A stretch of DNA of 64,000 nt. It comes from Patescibacteria group bacterium (GTDB lineage Bacteria; Patescibacteriota; Minisyncoccia; 2-02-FULL-40-12; IGHO2-01-FULL-4-A). Shown piece by piece: positions 19,418-28,751 of this stretch (the stretch's first letter is position 1; each line of letters begins with the position of its first letter). Below the pieces are notes generated by a model, which made no database searches, was not told the origin of the DNA, and saw only the letters and a program-made list of their open reading frames with translations. Where the stretch lies: NCBI GenBank assembly GCA_038064915.1, contig JBBTSB010000009.1, positions 20,773 through 84,772 of the forward strand, written 5' to 3'. Position numbers and translations under genes: made by a program.

Positions 19418-20626
19418 CTACACGGCGTTGATGAGGCTGTAGATCGGCAGTAGCACGGCGGCAACAAGTCCCCCGACACCGATACCAAGAAGAAGTATCA
19501 AGAGCGGCTCGATGAGCTGGGAAAGGTTGGCGACGTCATTTTCCGCTTCCGTTTTATAGAACTTGAGGATATGTTGCAGCATAAAATCTGTGCGACCAGT
19601 CCGTTCCCCCGTGGAGATCATAGAACTTACCAACGAGGGAAATTCAGGGTGCTGCTGAAGCATAGCAGAAAGTGTTCCCCCGCTCTGAATGCTTGTTCGA
19701 GCTTCCATAAGTATTTTCTTGTAAACCTCATTGCCCACGACGTTTGCCGTAATTTCTACACCTTCCAAAATCGGTACTCCAGCATGGATCAGCGTGGAAA
19801 GCGTTTCGGCAATACGGGCAATGTATAGGTCACGTATAATCTTCCCAAACTTTGGAATATGAATTTTAAAGCGATCAAATGCCTGTCGTCCCTGTTCCGT
19901 ACGCACATAGGAAATCCCTCCGGCACAAGCAAGGAGAAAACCAACCACCAGCAAAAATATATACTTGGTAAAAAAATCGGTCGTACCGATCAGGATACGT
20001 GTAGGAAGAGGAAGTTCCGTCACGCCGGAATCTCTGATGATCGTCAACAGTTGTGGTATGACGGTTGTCATCATAACAATCGAAACCACCACAAGAGAAA
20101 GTAATACAAAGGCTGGATAAAACATGGCACCCCGAATTTTTGAATTCAAGGATGCGGTTCGCTCAAGATAATCCGCAAGGTAGCTCAACGTTTCTTGCAT
20201 CTTGCCAGCAACTTCGCCAACGTGAATCATGCTCGTAAAAAAATTGTCGAACACGCGCTCGTGCTCGGCGAACGCCGTGGAAAGTGAGGCCCCGCCTTCG
20301 ATATTGCCAATCACAACACCAATAATTTTTCGAAAAGAATTTCGTTCCGTTTGCTTGTAGAGTATGTTCAAACCTTCTAGCAGTGGAACATCGGCTTCGA
20401 TCAGCGTAGCAAGTTGTCGAGTGAAGACAATGAGATCTTTCCGCGATGGTCGATTGAAAAATGAAAAAAGATCAGCCTGAAAAATACCCCGTTCCATTGT
20501 ACGAACTGAGAGAACAAGCAATTCTTTCTGCTGAAGCGACGTCACCGCCTGATCTTCCGACGGCGCATCAATCGTCCCTTCAACGACCTTCCCAGTCGTA
20601 TCGCGTGCTTGGTAATAAAAATCCAT
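19418..20626 (-). CDS. pilC: Type IV pilus platform protein PilC/GspF
   Basis: FTRQLATL, GEVAG, AMFYP, GERTG, LIEP. Confidence 0.93.
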   Translation of the reverse strand: MDFYYQARDTTGKVVEGTIDAPSEDQAVTSLQQKELLVLSVRTMERGIFQADLFSFFNRPSRKDLIVFTRQLATLIEADVPLLEGLNILYKQTERNSFRKIIGVVIGNIEGGASLSTAFAEHERVFDNFFTSMIHVGEVAGKMQETLSYLADYLERTASLNSKIRGAMFYPAFVLLSLVVVSIVMMTTVIPQLLTIIRDSGVTELPLPTRILIGTTDFFTKYIFLLVVGFLLACAGGISYVRTEQGRQAFDRFKIHIPKFGKIIRDLYIARIAETLSTLIHAGVPILEGVEITANVVGNEVYKKILMEARTSIQSGGTLSAMLQQHPEFPSLVSSMISTGERTGRTDFMLQHILKFYKTEAENDVANLSQLIEPLLILLLGIGVGGLVAAVLLPIYSLINAV

Positions 20627-20703
20627 CCCGTTAGAAGCCCCAAATTATTGTGATATTCGACATAGCGTGGTTGATAGCCCGTTAGGGTAGCTTCTAACGG
20701 GAT
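20625..20703. repeat. 14-bp perfect inverted repeat ATCCCGTTAGAAGC/GCTTCTAACGGGAT (REP-like)
   Basis: Arms at 20625-20638 and 20690-20703, plus a partial third CCCGTTAG at 20678; overlaps the pilC start codon. Confidence 0.8.
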
Positions 20704-20710
20704 CCATACC

Positions 20711-21781
20711 TTATTTCAAAAGCGTCTGAAGCGAGGTGATGTTGGGAGAATAGAACTTTGCTTGCTCCAACGAAATCAATTTGTTGCGTACCAATAAAGC
20801 GAGTGATTGGTTGAGCGATATCATTCCAGCTTGTGCGCCGGTTTCAATGGCAAGATTGAGCTGTTCAATTTTGCTTTCCCGAATAAGATTTCGTACGGCC
20901 GTACTAGCGATCATGACCTCTACCGCCGGTATGAGCCCCCCTCGCATGCCGGGTATCAAACGTTGTGAGATGACACCGGAAAGCGAATTTGCGAGCTGGC
21001 TAACGATTTGGCGCTGTTGGTTGGGTGGAAAAATATCAATGATGCGCTCTATGGTTTGAGCGGCATCATTGGTATGGATGGACCCCAGTACCAAATGTCC
21101 TGTTTCTGCGGCCGTCACTGCCGCACTGATGGTATCGTAGTCTCGCAATTCCCCTACCATAATGACATTGGCATTTTCGCGAAACGTGGAACGCAAAGCG
21201 CCGGCAAACGTCAGCGTGTCGCTTCCCACTTCGCGCTGATCGATGATACTTCTCTCAGGGTTAAAAATGTACTCTATCGGATCTTCAATGGTGATAATCT
21301 TTTCAGTGCGCTCCATATTGATCGCCTGGATAATTGCCGCACATGTTGTTGATTTACCATGGCCTGTGGGTCCGGCCACCAGAACAAATCCTTGGGAAAG
21401 CTTGGTAAAAATTTTGATTTGGTCCGGCAAATGCAAGTCCGCGATACTGCGAATTTCGTTGCTGACGTACCGAAGAACCGCCGCTTGATTTCCACGCGTT
21501 TCATAAATATTGACACGAAATCGAAGATCTTGGCCAAGCTGGTAGCTAAAATCAGCCTCCAGTGTTTTTTCAAATCTTGCTTTGCGATCTTTGCCCAGAA
21601 GAGCCGCCACCATTCCTTCAATATCCGTCTTACTCAAGATTTTTTGATCCGACAGCGGTACCAAAGCGCCATCGATACGGAGGGTTGGATAGTACCCCGG
21701 CGATAAGTGAATGTCCGACGCGCCCTTCTGCACGCCGGTGGTCAACAGATCATCAAGTTGTGATTGGTAATTTTCAGCCAC
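20711..21781 (-). CDS. pilT: Type IV pilus retraction ATPase
   Basis: GPTGHGKST, TIEDPIE, QREVG, VGELRD, AAETGHLV; GTG start. Confidence 0.93.
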   Translation of the reverse strand: MAENYQSQLDDLLTTGVQKGASDIHLSPGYYPTLRIDGALVPLSDQKILSKTDIEGMVAALLGKDRKARFEKTLEADFSYQLGQDLRFRVNIYETRGNQAAVLRYVSNEIRSIADLHLPDQIKIFTKLSQGFVLVAGPTGHGKSTTCAAIIQAINMERTEKIITIEDPIEYIFNPERSIIDQREVGSDTLTFAGALRSTFRENANVIMVGELRDYDTISAAVTAAETGHLVLGSIHTNDAAQTIERIIDIFPPNQQRQIVSQLANSLSGVISQRLIPGMRGGLIPAVEVMIASTAVRNLIRESKIEQLNLAIETGAQAGMISLNQSLALLVRNKLISLEQAKFYSPNITSLQTLLK

Positions 21782-21837
21782 GTTGTGTTTATTTTACCAC
21801 CTTATCTCATATGAAAGAAACTTTTGTTACCAACATA

Positions 21838-21866
21838 TTGACTATTTATATAAAACATGCTATTAT
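21838..21866 (+). promoter_or_regulatory. Sigma70-type promoter
   Basis: TTGACT (21838-43), 17-nt spacer, TG-n-TATTAT (21861-66); AT-rich upstream. Confidence 0.75.
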
Positions 21867-21871
21867 TATTT

Positions 21872-22046
21872 TCGGCCAAAAGACATCCAACCGGCCAGGA
21901 GGTAACGGTCCGAGCAAGCCCGCGCGAATGGGACGTCTGGGACACGGTGACCGACAGGAAGGTCACCATTCTGAGGATGACAGCTCGAGAATTTATTCTG
22001 TCGTCCGCAAAATAAAAACCATCAGCCACCGCTGATGGTTTTTATT
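21872..22046 (+). ncRNA. Putative structured small RNA, family unrecognised
   Basis: Lies between promoter and terminator; stems AGACATCC/GGACGTCT, GGTGACC/GGTCACC, GGATGACAG/CTGTCGTCC. Confidence 0.55.
22011..22046. terminator. Bidirectional intrinsic terminator
   Basis: 16-bp perfect stem AATAAAAACCATCAGC-CACC-GCTGATGGTTTTTATT at the pilB stop. Confidence 0.85.
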
Positions 22047-23775
22047 ATGTTACCGTTTCTTCATCCCCTGCTTGGGCGACTTGCAACAACTCTTCCATGG
22101 AGGTGATTCCTTTTAATACTTTCAATATACCATCCTGATACATGGTGACCATACCTTGGCGCTTGGCTTCGTCGCGGAGTTTTTCTTCGGAGAGATCGGT
22201 GAGAATGATACGTTCCAGCTCATCGGTCATTTCTAACGTTTCCAAAATAGCCACACGACCGTGGTATGCCCGATTGTTGCATTCTTTGCATCCCGGACCT
22301 GCCCGACAGATTTTGAATGGCGGTTTTGCCTTTACGGCATCCGTAATCATTTTTGTTTCACTCGGCGTTGCGTCTACAGGCACCTTGCACGAGTCACAAA
22401 GTTTGCGGAGCAAACGCTGTGCGGCGGCAAGATTGAGTGAGGGCGCGATCAGATACTTTTCAACTCCCATATCCACGAGGCGCGGAATCACACCGATCGT
22501 ATTGTTGGTATGAAGCGTCGAAAGCACGACGTGTCCAGTCAACGACGCCTGCGTGGCCAGGGTGGCGGTTTCTTTATCGCGTATTTCCCCCACCATAATA
22601 ACATCCGGATCTTGGCGAAGGATGTGGCGAAGTCCACTCGCAAAAGAATAGCCAATCTCTTCATGAATCTGCGACTGATTGACGCCATCAATATAGTGTT
22701 CAATGGGATCCTCAAGGGTTACGATATTGACCTGATCCTTGTTCATTTGGCGCATAATGGCGGCCAGAGTGGTGGACTTTCCCGAACCCGTAGGTCCTGT
22801 TATAAGGATGGATCCAAACGGTTTGTCAATATTGCGATTCAAAATTTCAATGGTTTTATCCTCAAAACCAAGATCTGCAAGCGTCAAATCCCCCACAAGC
22901 GGATCGAGAATGCGAAGTACAATCTTCTCGCCGTGATGCGTGGGAAACGTGGAAACACGAAAATCCACCGTGCGATCCTGTAACTTCGTGGAAAACCTGC
23001 CATCCTGCGCGAGACGCGATTCATCGATTTTTAGTTCAGCCAAAATTTTAATGCGTGTGACAAGCGCGGAGAGAAGGTTTCCGGGAAGTGAGAGCGCTGT
23101 CTGCAACTCGCCATCCACACGAAATCTCAATCGAATCGAATCTTGAAATGGCTCGATGTGAATATCCGATGCGCGTGTATCCACTGCGTGCTTTATGGTA
23201 GCCGCTACCACCTTGGTAATCGGCGCTTCAGCGGTAAGCTCCGTGAGTTCAATTTCTTTTTCAGAAATCTTCAACTCTTTCTGAGACACATCTTCTGAAA
23301 TAGACTCGAGAGCCTTGCCCACTTCTGACGTGAGGGATAGAAAATTTCCGCTCAACATTCGAAAGTCTTGGTAGGAAATGAGGTACTTCTCGAGGGTCAG
23401 ATTTTCTTCAGAAGAGATAAACTTCAGCGCTTGAAGGGCATCGATGTTTTCAGGATCAACGAGAACAACTTTGAGAAGACCTCCTTCACGGGAAAAAGGA
23501 AGAATACGATAGAACTTTACGGTAGCATCAGAAACTTTTTCAGAAAGTTTCGTATCTATTTCGACTTCAGAAGCTCGAATGATGGGCAGTTTGTAAATCT
23601 GCGCTTTGATTGCCACGAGATCTTCGTCGCTGATAATTCCCCTTTTAATCAACAACTCCCCGAAATCGTGTTCACCGGAAGCCATGTCGGGCTCAAGTTG
23701 CGCAATAAGTTCCTGCGTTATTATGTTACGCTCGATCAATTCATCAACCAGGAGCTGGGGTGCTTTGAGGATCAT
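22045..23775 (-). CDS. pilB: Type IV pilus assembly ATPase PilB/GspE
   Basis: ASDIHIEP, GPTGSGKSTT, LRQDPD, TGHVVLSTLH, CDSC/CKEC. Confidence 0.94.
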   Translation of the reverse strand: MILKAPQLLVDELIERNIITQELIAQLEPDMASGEHDFGELLIKRGIISDEDLVAIKAQIYKLPIIRASEVEIDTKLSEKVSDATVKFYRILPFSREGGLLKVVLVDPENIDALQALKFISSEENLTLEKYLISYQDFRMLSGNFLSLTSEVGKALESISEDVSQKELKISEKEIELTELTAEAPITKVVAATIKHAVDTRASDIHIEPFQDSIRLRFRVDGELQTALSLPGNLLSALVTRIKILAELKIDESRLAQDGRFSTKLQDRTVDFRVSTFPTHHGEKIVLRILDPLVGDLTLADLGFEDKTIEILNRNIDKPFGSILITGPTGSGKSTTLAAIMRQMNKDQVNIVTLEDPIEHYIDGVNQSQIHEEIGYSFASGLRHILRQDPDVIMVGEIRDKETATLATQASLTGHVVLSTLHTNNTIGVIPRLVDMGVEKYLIAPSLNLAAAQRLLRKLCDSCKVPVDATPSETKMITDAVKAKPPFKICRAGPGCKECNNRAYHGRVAILETLEMTDELERIILTDLSEEKLRDEAKRQGMVTMYQDGILKVLKGITSMEELLQVAQAGDEETVT

Positions 23776-24059
23776 TAAAATGGAGCAAAAGGATCCTGCT
23801 TCCCCGTCAAGCCGGGTTGGACAGGATATTCGCCAATGGTCTTTAACGACGTGAATACATTGCTTGAAAAAAGCGCAAAATCAAAATGCAAATCTTTAAA
23901 TTTGAGGAATGACGAATCTTGCAGGGCAGGAGAAATAGGAACCTCAAATGACTCATCACGAACAACCTGTACATAGTAAAAATATCCCGCTACCAAACCA
24001 AGGACAACGATTAGGATAAGGATGAATGTACTGACGTGATGTGGTGTGGTTGATGACAT
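23775..24059 (-). CDS. Small single-TM protein in the pil operon (PilP position)
   Basis: N-terminal TM, C-terminal GKQDPFAPF; lies between pilO and pilB. Confidence 0.7.
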   Translation of the reverse strand: MSSTTPHHVSTFILILIVVLGLVAGYFYYVQVVRDESFEVPISPALQDSSFLKFKDLHFDFALFSSNVFTSLKTIGEYPVQPGLTGKQDPFAPF

Positions 24060-24060
24060 G

Positions 24061-24588
24061 TTATTTGAGACTATAAGCATTCCCCTGAATCATGATCGTA
24101 AGACGGTTACTAAATCCCCCTGACACTTCTTGTTCTGTGATGTCAATCTTGGTTATGTCGTAGAGCCTCAAACTTCGTTCAAGGGTATCAAGGAATGCAA
24201 GGAACGATGGATAGTTCCCGGAAAGCTCTGCTTTTAAAGGAATTACTTGATAGTCCCCCTTACCCTTTTGCGCCTCTCCAATACCCAAGGAGGAAAGTTC
24301 CATTCCATGATCCCTCGCCGCGGCCTGGAAACTCTCCGTCAAATAATCATATTGTTTCTGCTTGGGCAACGCGAGAAGCACCCGTGCAATAGTCGATTCA
24401 TTGGCAGTATATTGATTTCCAAGATCCACGACACTGCGCTGGGCAATTTTCGTATCCTGCAAGAGTGTCTCCCGAGCCTCACGTGACGCCCAAGCTCCAC
24501 GAAGTTCTCGATATTGAGGCAAGCCAAAGGCAAAGAACAAGACACCTTCAATCGCAAACAGTATTGCTGTGATCAACCGTTTATTCAT
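24061..24588 (-). CDS. pilO: PilO-like protein
   Basis: N-terminal TM, coiled coil, LALP, GNYPSFLAFLDTLERSLRL; pilM-N-O order. Confidence 0.8.
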   Translation of the reverse strand: MNKRLITAILFAIEGVLFFAFGLPQYRELRGAWASREARETLLQDTKIAQRSVVDLGNQYTANESTIARVLLALPKQKQYDYLTESFQAAARDHGMELSSLGIGEAQKGKGDYQVIPLKAELSGNYPSFLAFLDTLERSLRLYDITKIDITEQEVSGGFSNRLTIMIQGNAYSLK

Positions 24589-25150
24589 GGGAAGCTTTTT
24601 TGAGTAAAAAATGATTAGGCTGAAAAACGAGTTTCATGGTAAATTCCACCCGTCCGTTTCCCGCAAGACCAACCTTATCCAGTGTAACATCACTCATAAC
24701 ATCACTCCGATAGAACGAAGCGATTTGCTTGGCTACGGTACTGTAGCTATCAGCAACTGCGTGGAATACGTAGGTTCGTTTTGTGGCGTCTGCAGAAAGA
24801 GACAGGAACGTCACCCTTGGTTCTATGAGTTTTTGAACCTCTCGAAGCCCGTTGACCCATACGGTGTGTGATGAAAGTAGCGTCTCTGTTGCATGTACCT
24901 GTCGTTCGAAATTGAGAAGCTTTTCTTCTTGGTTTTTATCTCGTCTAGCATGGATATCTGCAAGTTGATCGTCTATTCTTTCAATGGAAGATATTGTTTT
25001 GTTCGTCATGAGTTGCAACACTCCCCACACCACAACCAGCACCACAAAAACCACGAGGGCGATGGATAACGATGTATTCTCACCCAAGAAACTTCCAAGT
25101 CTAAAACCTTTTTTGCGTGTAGGGAGAAGTTGTAAATCGCCGTTATTCAT
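24581..25150 (-). CDS. pilN: PilN-like protein
   Basis: DLQLLP N-terminal motif, TM, coiled coil; follows pilM. Confidence 0.75.
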   Translation of the reverse strand: MNNGDLQLLPTRKKGFRLGSFLGENTSLSIALVVFVVLVVVWGVLQLMTNKTISSIERIDDQLADIHARRDKNQEEKLLNFERQVHATETLLSSHTVWVNGLREVQKLIEPRVTFLSLSADATKRTYVFHAVADSYSTVAKQIASFYRSDVMSDVTLDKVGLAGNGRVEFTMKLVFQPNHFLLKKASHE

Positions 25151-26217
25151 ATGTCACGCATAGCCAGACCAATAGATACTACGAACGTAGAATTCAACTC
25201 GGTGCGAAGAGACTCCAGCTCTGGTGGTAGTATAACACGGGCAAGAGAATTGCCTGAAGATACCGGTCTCCCCAGTTTCTCTGAAAAGTATTCGATAAAA
25301 CTGGGCATGTTTGCCAACCCGCCTACGACCAAAATTTTTGTAATCTTCGTTTTACGCTGATCTTCATAGTTATGAATGGTTTTATTGGCCTCAAACGCCA
25401 TCATGTCCACCAGAGAACTCATGGCCTGCCGAATAATATTATCGTCACCACTGCGAATACCAAAGTTGCGCTTAAGCTCTTCCGCTCGCCGCAAGTTGAC
25501 GCCCAGTGCACGTGAGATCGATTTCGTAATTGCAAACCCTCCTACTTCATAGTCGTGGCTCGCACGCTGAAATCCATTCTCAACCACAAGAATGGAGGTA
25601 CTTCTTCCGCCGATGTTAATGATCGCTATGGGGCTCAAATCATTGCCGACGAGCGCTCGAGTAAGAGCAAAATTTTCCAGCTCCAACGCTTTTAGATTCA
25701 GCCCCGCGTCTTTCATGATGGTCTGGTAGCGGGAAACCTCCTCTTTGGGAACGGCAACGAGAAAAACTTCAATGTTGGGCTGACTTTTGGGATCTTGGGA
25801 GACAATTCCGGGTCGTTGGTCTTTGCGAACATTGACAATGGCCCAATCAAGCTGGACTTCTGAAAGCGGGATGGGAATGTATTTTCGAGCTTCAAACGGG
25901 ATTGCTTTGGCCACCTCATCTTCAGAAAGGTACGGCATGGTGATGGTGGTGGAAAATGTAGGAAACGATGGAATAGAGGCAATGACATCGCGGCTTTTCA
26001 TGTGTGCTTTTTGCAAAACTTCCTGGATGCCGCTGACAAGATCTTTGTTGGAAAGTTTTACGACATTGAGCGCCGATTCATCAGGTTCTATTTCAAATGT
26101 TCCATAGTTAGTGAGATTGAAACGGTTTGATTCTTTGGCAAGTTCAACAACCTTGATCGAGGCAGTACCGATATCAATACCAAGCCGGCCTTTTTTGTCG
26201 AAGCTAAAAAATGCCAT
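25147..26217 (-). CDS. pilM: Type IV pilus assembly protein PilM
   Basis: LGIDIGTASIK actin-like fold, EARKYIP, VGGLA, SIGLAMR. Confidence 0.92.
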   Translation of the reverse strand: MAFFSFDKKGRLGIDIGTASIKVVELAKESNRFNLTNYGTFEIEPDESALNVVKLSNKDLVSGIQEVLQKAHMKSRDVIASIPSFPTFSTTITMPYLSEDEVAKAIPFEARKYIPIPLSEVQLDWAIVNVRKDQRPGIVSQDPKSQPNIEVFLVAVPKEEVSRYQTIMKDAGLNLKALELENFALTRALVGNDLSPIAIINIGGRSTSILVVENGFQRASHDYEVGGFAITKSISRALGVNLRRAEELKRNFGIRSGDDNIIRQAMSSLVDMMAFEANKTIHNYEDQRKTKITKILVVGGLANMPSFIEYFSEKLGRPVSSGNSLARVILPPELESLRTELNSTFVVSIGLAMRDI

Positions 26218-26242
26218 GCAAATAGTATATCATGAAAGGAAG

Positions 26243-26968
26243 ATGCAGAAATCAACATTCTTGGATCTTCTCTTTCCCCGATCCTGTTTGTATTGCAAGA
26301 CACTCCTCCCCACGAGCGAACCCAACACTTATTTATGTTCGTCATGCCGCGGATTCATACCCTGGAATACGGTATCACGCTGTGCATTTTGCCCGCGCGC
26401 AGTAACATTATGGAAAACATGCGAGAAATGCCGACCGGATCATAGCCTTGATCGCCTCCTTGTTGCCACCGATTACCGAGACCCCGTGGTAGAGCGTATG
26501 GTAAAAGCTCTAAAATATCGGTTTGTTCAAGTTGTAGCCAGTGACATTGGTGCCATCATGGCAACGTATTTTGAACAACGGGCGAGTTTAATAGGTCTTG
26601 ATCCAAAAAACTTGACTATCTCCTCCGTTCCCCTTCATCCGCGCCGCCTGCGCTGGCGAGGGTTTAATCAGGCTAAGCTCATCGCAAACGCCATTGGCAA
26701 AGAACTTGGCCTCTCCGTCCGCCATGATCTTCTCAAGCGCACGGTATACAAATCACCTCAAGCTGACATTGAAGATCGAGTGGAAAGGATCAAAAACGCA
26801 GAAAATATCTTTGCGGTCGGTCCGCTCGTAGCGGTCCGACCGCTTACTCGGACCGTACTTCTGGTAGACGATGTCGCCACCACTGCTTCTACGCTCAACA
26901 ACGCCGCCCGCGTCTTGAAGGACGCGGGGGCAAAAAACGTCATTGGGTTTGTTTTCGCGAGAGGCTAG
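26243..26968 (+). CDS. comF: ComF family protein
   Basis: LFPRSCLYC zinc ribbons, VPLH, RGFNQA, LVDDVATTAST; start set at ATG 26243. Confidence 0.9.
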   Translation: MQKSTFLDLLFPRSCLYCKTLLPTSEPNTYLCSSCRGFIPWNTVSRCAFCPRAVTLWKTCEKCRPDHSLDRLLVATDYRDPVVERMVKALKYRFVQVVASDIGAIMATYFEQRASLIGLDPKNLTISSVPLHPRRLRWRGFNQAKLIANAIGKELGLSVRHDLLKRTVYKSPQADIEDRVERIKNAENIFAVGPLVAVRPLTRTVLLVDDVATTASTLNNAARVLKDAGAKNVIGFVFARG

Positions 26969-27846
26969 TCCAATAGCGTCTTTGCGATCTTGTTGAGTTC
27001 CTCTAAATTTGCAAATTTAATTTCAATCCGGCCGCCGGTCAGACCAGGCTTGATGGCGACCGAGGTACCGAGGGTACGCGTGAGATTGGATTGTAACTCC
27101 ACGAATCTGGGGTGCACCGCACTGGGGTCTTTGCGCGTTCCATGCACCATTTGCGCGGTACGCTCCAGGTCTTTAGAACCAACACTGCCGGCCAAAAGCT
27201 GTTTAAACATCGTTTGCTGGTGATCGGCGTCTTTAAAAGCTAGTAGAGCTCGCGCATGGGTACGCTCGATTTTTCCCGAACGAATCGCCTCCTTGATGTT
27301 CGCGGGAAGATTCATGACACGAATCGTATTGGCGACGGCCTCGCGGCTCTTGCCGACTTTTTGAGCAATCTGTTCCTGGGTGAGATCAAATTCATTCGCA
27401 AGCCGGTCATAGGCCTCCGCTTCTTCGAGCACATTGAGGTCTTTGCGCTGGATATTTTCCACGAGCGCAACCTCAAGTTTCATGCGACTTTCTTCAAAAT
27501 CATCGCGTACGATCACTGGCACATGGGGAAGGCCGGCCATCTTTGCCGCGCGCCAACGACGTTCGCCAGCTACAATTTCATACTCCACCTCGCGCCCTCG
27601 ATCCGTATCGGTCGCAATACGCGTGACTACCAGCGGCTGGAGAATACCAAACTTTTTTATTGATGACGCGAGCTCGCCCAGTGCATCAAGATCAAAGTCC
27701 TGGCGAGGCTGATTGGCGTTTGGTCGAATGCTGTTGATTTCCACATTGTAGATGTTTTCACCTTTTGTTTGGGCAACCACCGCTGTCGCCCTTTTAGAGG
27801 GAATCAGCGAGGCAAGTCCGCGTCCAAGACTGGATAGTTTTTTCAT
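26965..27846 (-). CDS. parB: Chromosome partitioning protein ParB/Spo0J
   Basis: LGRGLASL, QPR, VAGERRWRAA, ENIQRKDL, HTH. Confidence 0.95.
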   Translation of the reverse strand: MKKLSSLGRGLASLIPSKRATAVVAQTKGENIYNVEINSIRPNANQPRQDFDLDALGELASSIKKFGILQPLVVTRIATDTDRGREVEYEIVAGERRWRAAKMAGLPHVPVIVRDDFEESRMKLEVALVENIQRKDLNVLEEAEAYDRLANEFDLTQEQIAQKVGKSREAVANTIRVMNLPANIKEAIRSGKIERTHARALLAFKDADHQQTMFKQLLAGSVGSKDLERTAQMVHGTRKDPSAVHPRFVELQSNLTRTLGTSVAIKPGLTGGRIEIKFANLEELNKIAKTLLD

Positions 27847-28607
27847 AGTGTTAATTGTAATATTTCTTCGGCAAGCTGTCGATATGCTTGTGCACCTTTG
27901 GAATTTGGATCAAATTGGAAGATGGTTTTCCCGTGGCTTGGCGCGGCGGCTAGCGAAATGGATCGTGGAATCATGGTCTGGAAGACGCGGCCGGGAAAGT
28001 TTTTTCTCACTTCATCCGCTACCTGCTGGGAAAGCATGTTGCGTTTATCGTACATCGTCAACAATACGCCATAAATCTGCAGGTTAGTATTGAGCGATGT
28101 CCGTACCAAATCAATCGTATTGAGAAGCTGGCTCAAGCCCTCCAGCGCATAGTATTCACACTGCACAGGTATAATCACGCCATCAGAGGCGGCAAGACTA
28201 TTGATGGGCAGCATGCCGAGACTTGGTGAGCTGTCGATGATGATGTAGTCGTAGTTGGTGCGGATTTTGTTGAGGACGTTTTTGAGCCAAAACTCACGCT
28301 CTTCTACGTTTACCAATTCAACGTTCGCGCCCGCGAGACTCGGAGCGGCAGGCAACAGGTCAAAGCCCAACAGTTGTGTCTTCCGAATGATTGCCTCCGG
28401 TTCATAGTCTCCCACGAGCGTGTGGTAAAGATTGAGGTGATCATCTTTGAGATACACACCCAAGCCCGTCGTCGCATTTGCCTGCGGATCCGTATCCACG
28501 ACGAGAATGTATTTCCCGAGTGCCGCAAGATAGGCACCGAGATTGGTTGCCGTCGTCGTCTTCCCCACTCCGCCTTTTGCGTTTACGACTGAGATGATGC
28601 GAGCCAT
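27843..28607 (-). CDS. parA: Chromosome partitioning ATPase ParA/Soj
   Basis: KGGVGKTTT, DTDPQANAT, PVQCEYYALEG; start set at ATG 28607. Confidence 0.95.
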   Translation of the reverse strand: MARIISVVNAKGGVGKTTTATNLGAYLAALGKYILVVDTDPQANATTGLGVYLKDDHLNLYHTLVGDYEPEAIIRKTQLLGFDLLPAAPSLAGANVELVNVEEREFWLKNVLNKIRTNYDYIIIDSSPSLGMLPINSLAASDGVIIPVQCEYYALEGLSQLLNTIDLVRTSLNTNLQIYGVLLTMYDKRNMLSQQVADEVRKNFPGRVFQTMIPRSISLAAAPSHGKTIFQFDPNSKGAQAYRQLAEEILQLTL

Positions 28608-28662
28608 GGTAGCTTCATCATACCCTGGAAATTTTGAGTTTACAATGGTATAAATAAAGATC

Positions 28663-28747
28663 GCCCGAGTGGCGGAATTGGCTATACGCGCACGACTCAA
28701 AATCGTGTGACCGCAAGGTCGTGTGGGTTCGACTCCCACCTCGGGCA
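28663..28747 (+). tRNA. tRNA-Leu(CAA)
   Basis: Acceptor GCCCGAG/CTCGGGC; CACGA-CT-CAA-AA-TCGTG; long variable arm; no CCA. Confidence 0.93.
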
Positions 28748-28751
28748 CTTT

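Noticed and set aside
21924-21934. HDV-like ribozyme (GCGAATGGGAC matches the HDV 3' end as I recall it) or hammerhead (CTGAGGA at 21971)
   Set aside because: HDV L3/P1.1 residues and the hammerhead GAAA could not be placed; kept only as an unknown RNA
21928-22035. 35-codon ORF inside the putative sRNA
   Set aside because: AGGAGG is ~25 nt from the ATG and the ORF runs into the terminator stem
26965-28660. parS site or replication origin near parAB
   Set aside because: No TGTTTCACGTGAAACA-like palindrome or DnaA-box cluster noticed by eye; a motif scan would be needed to exclude them
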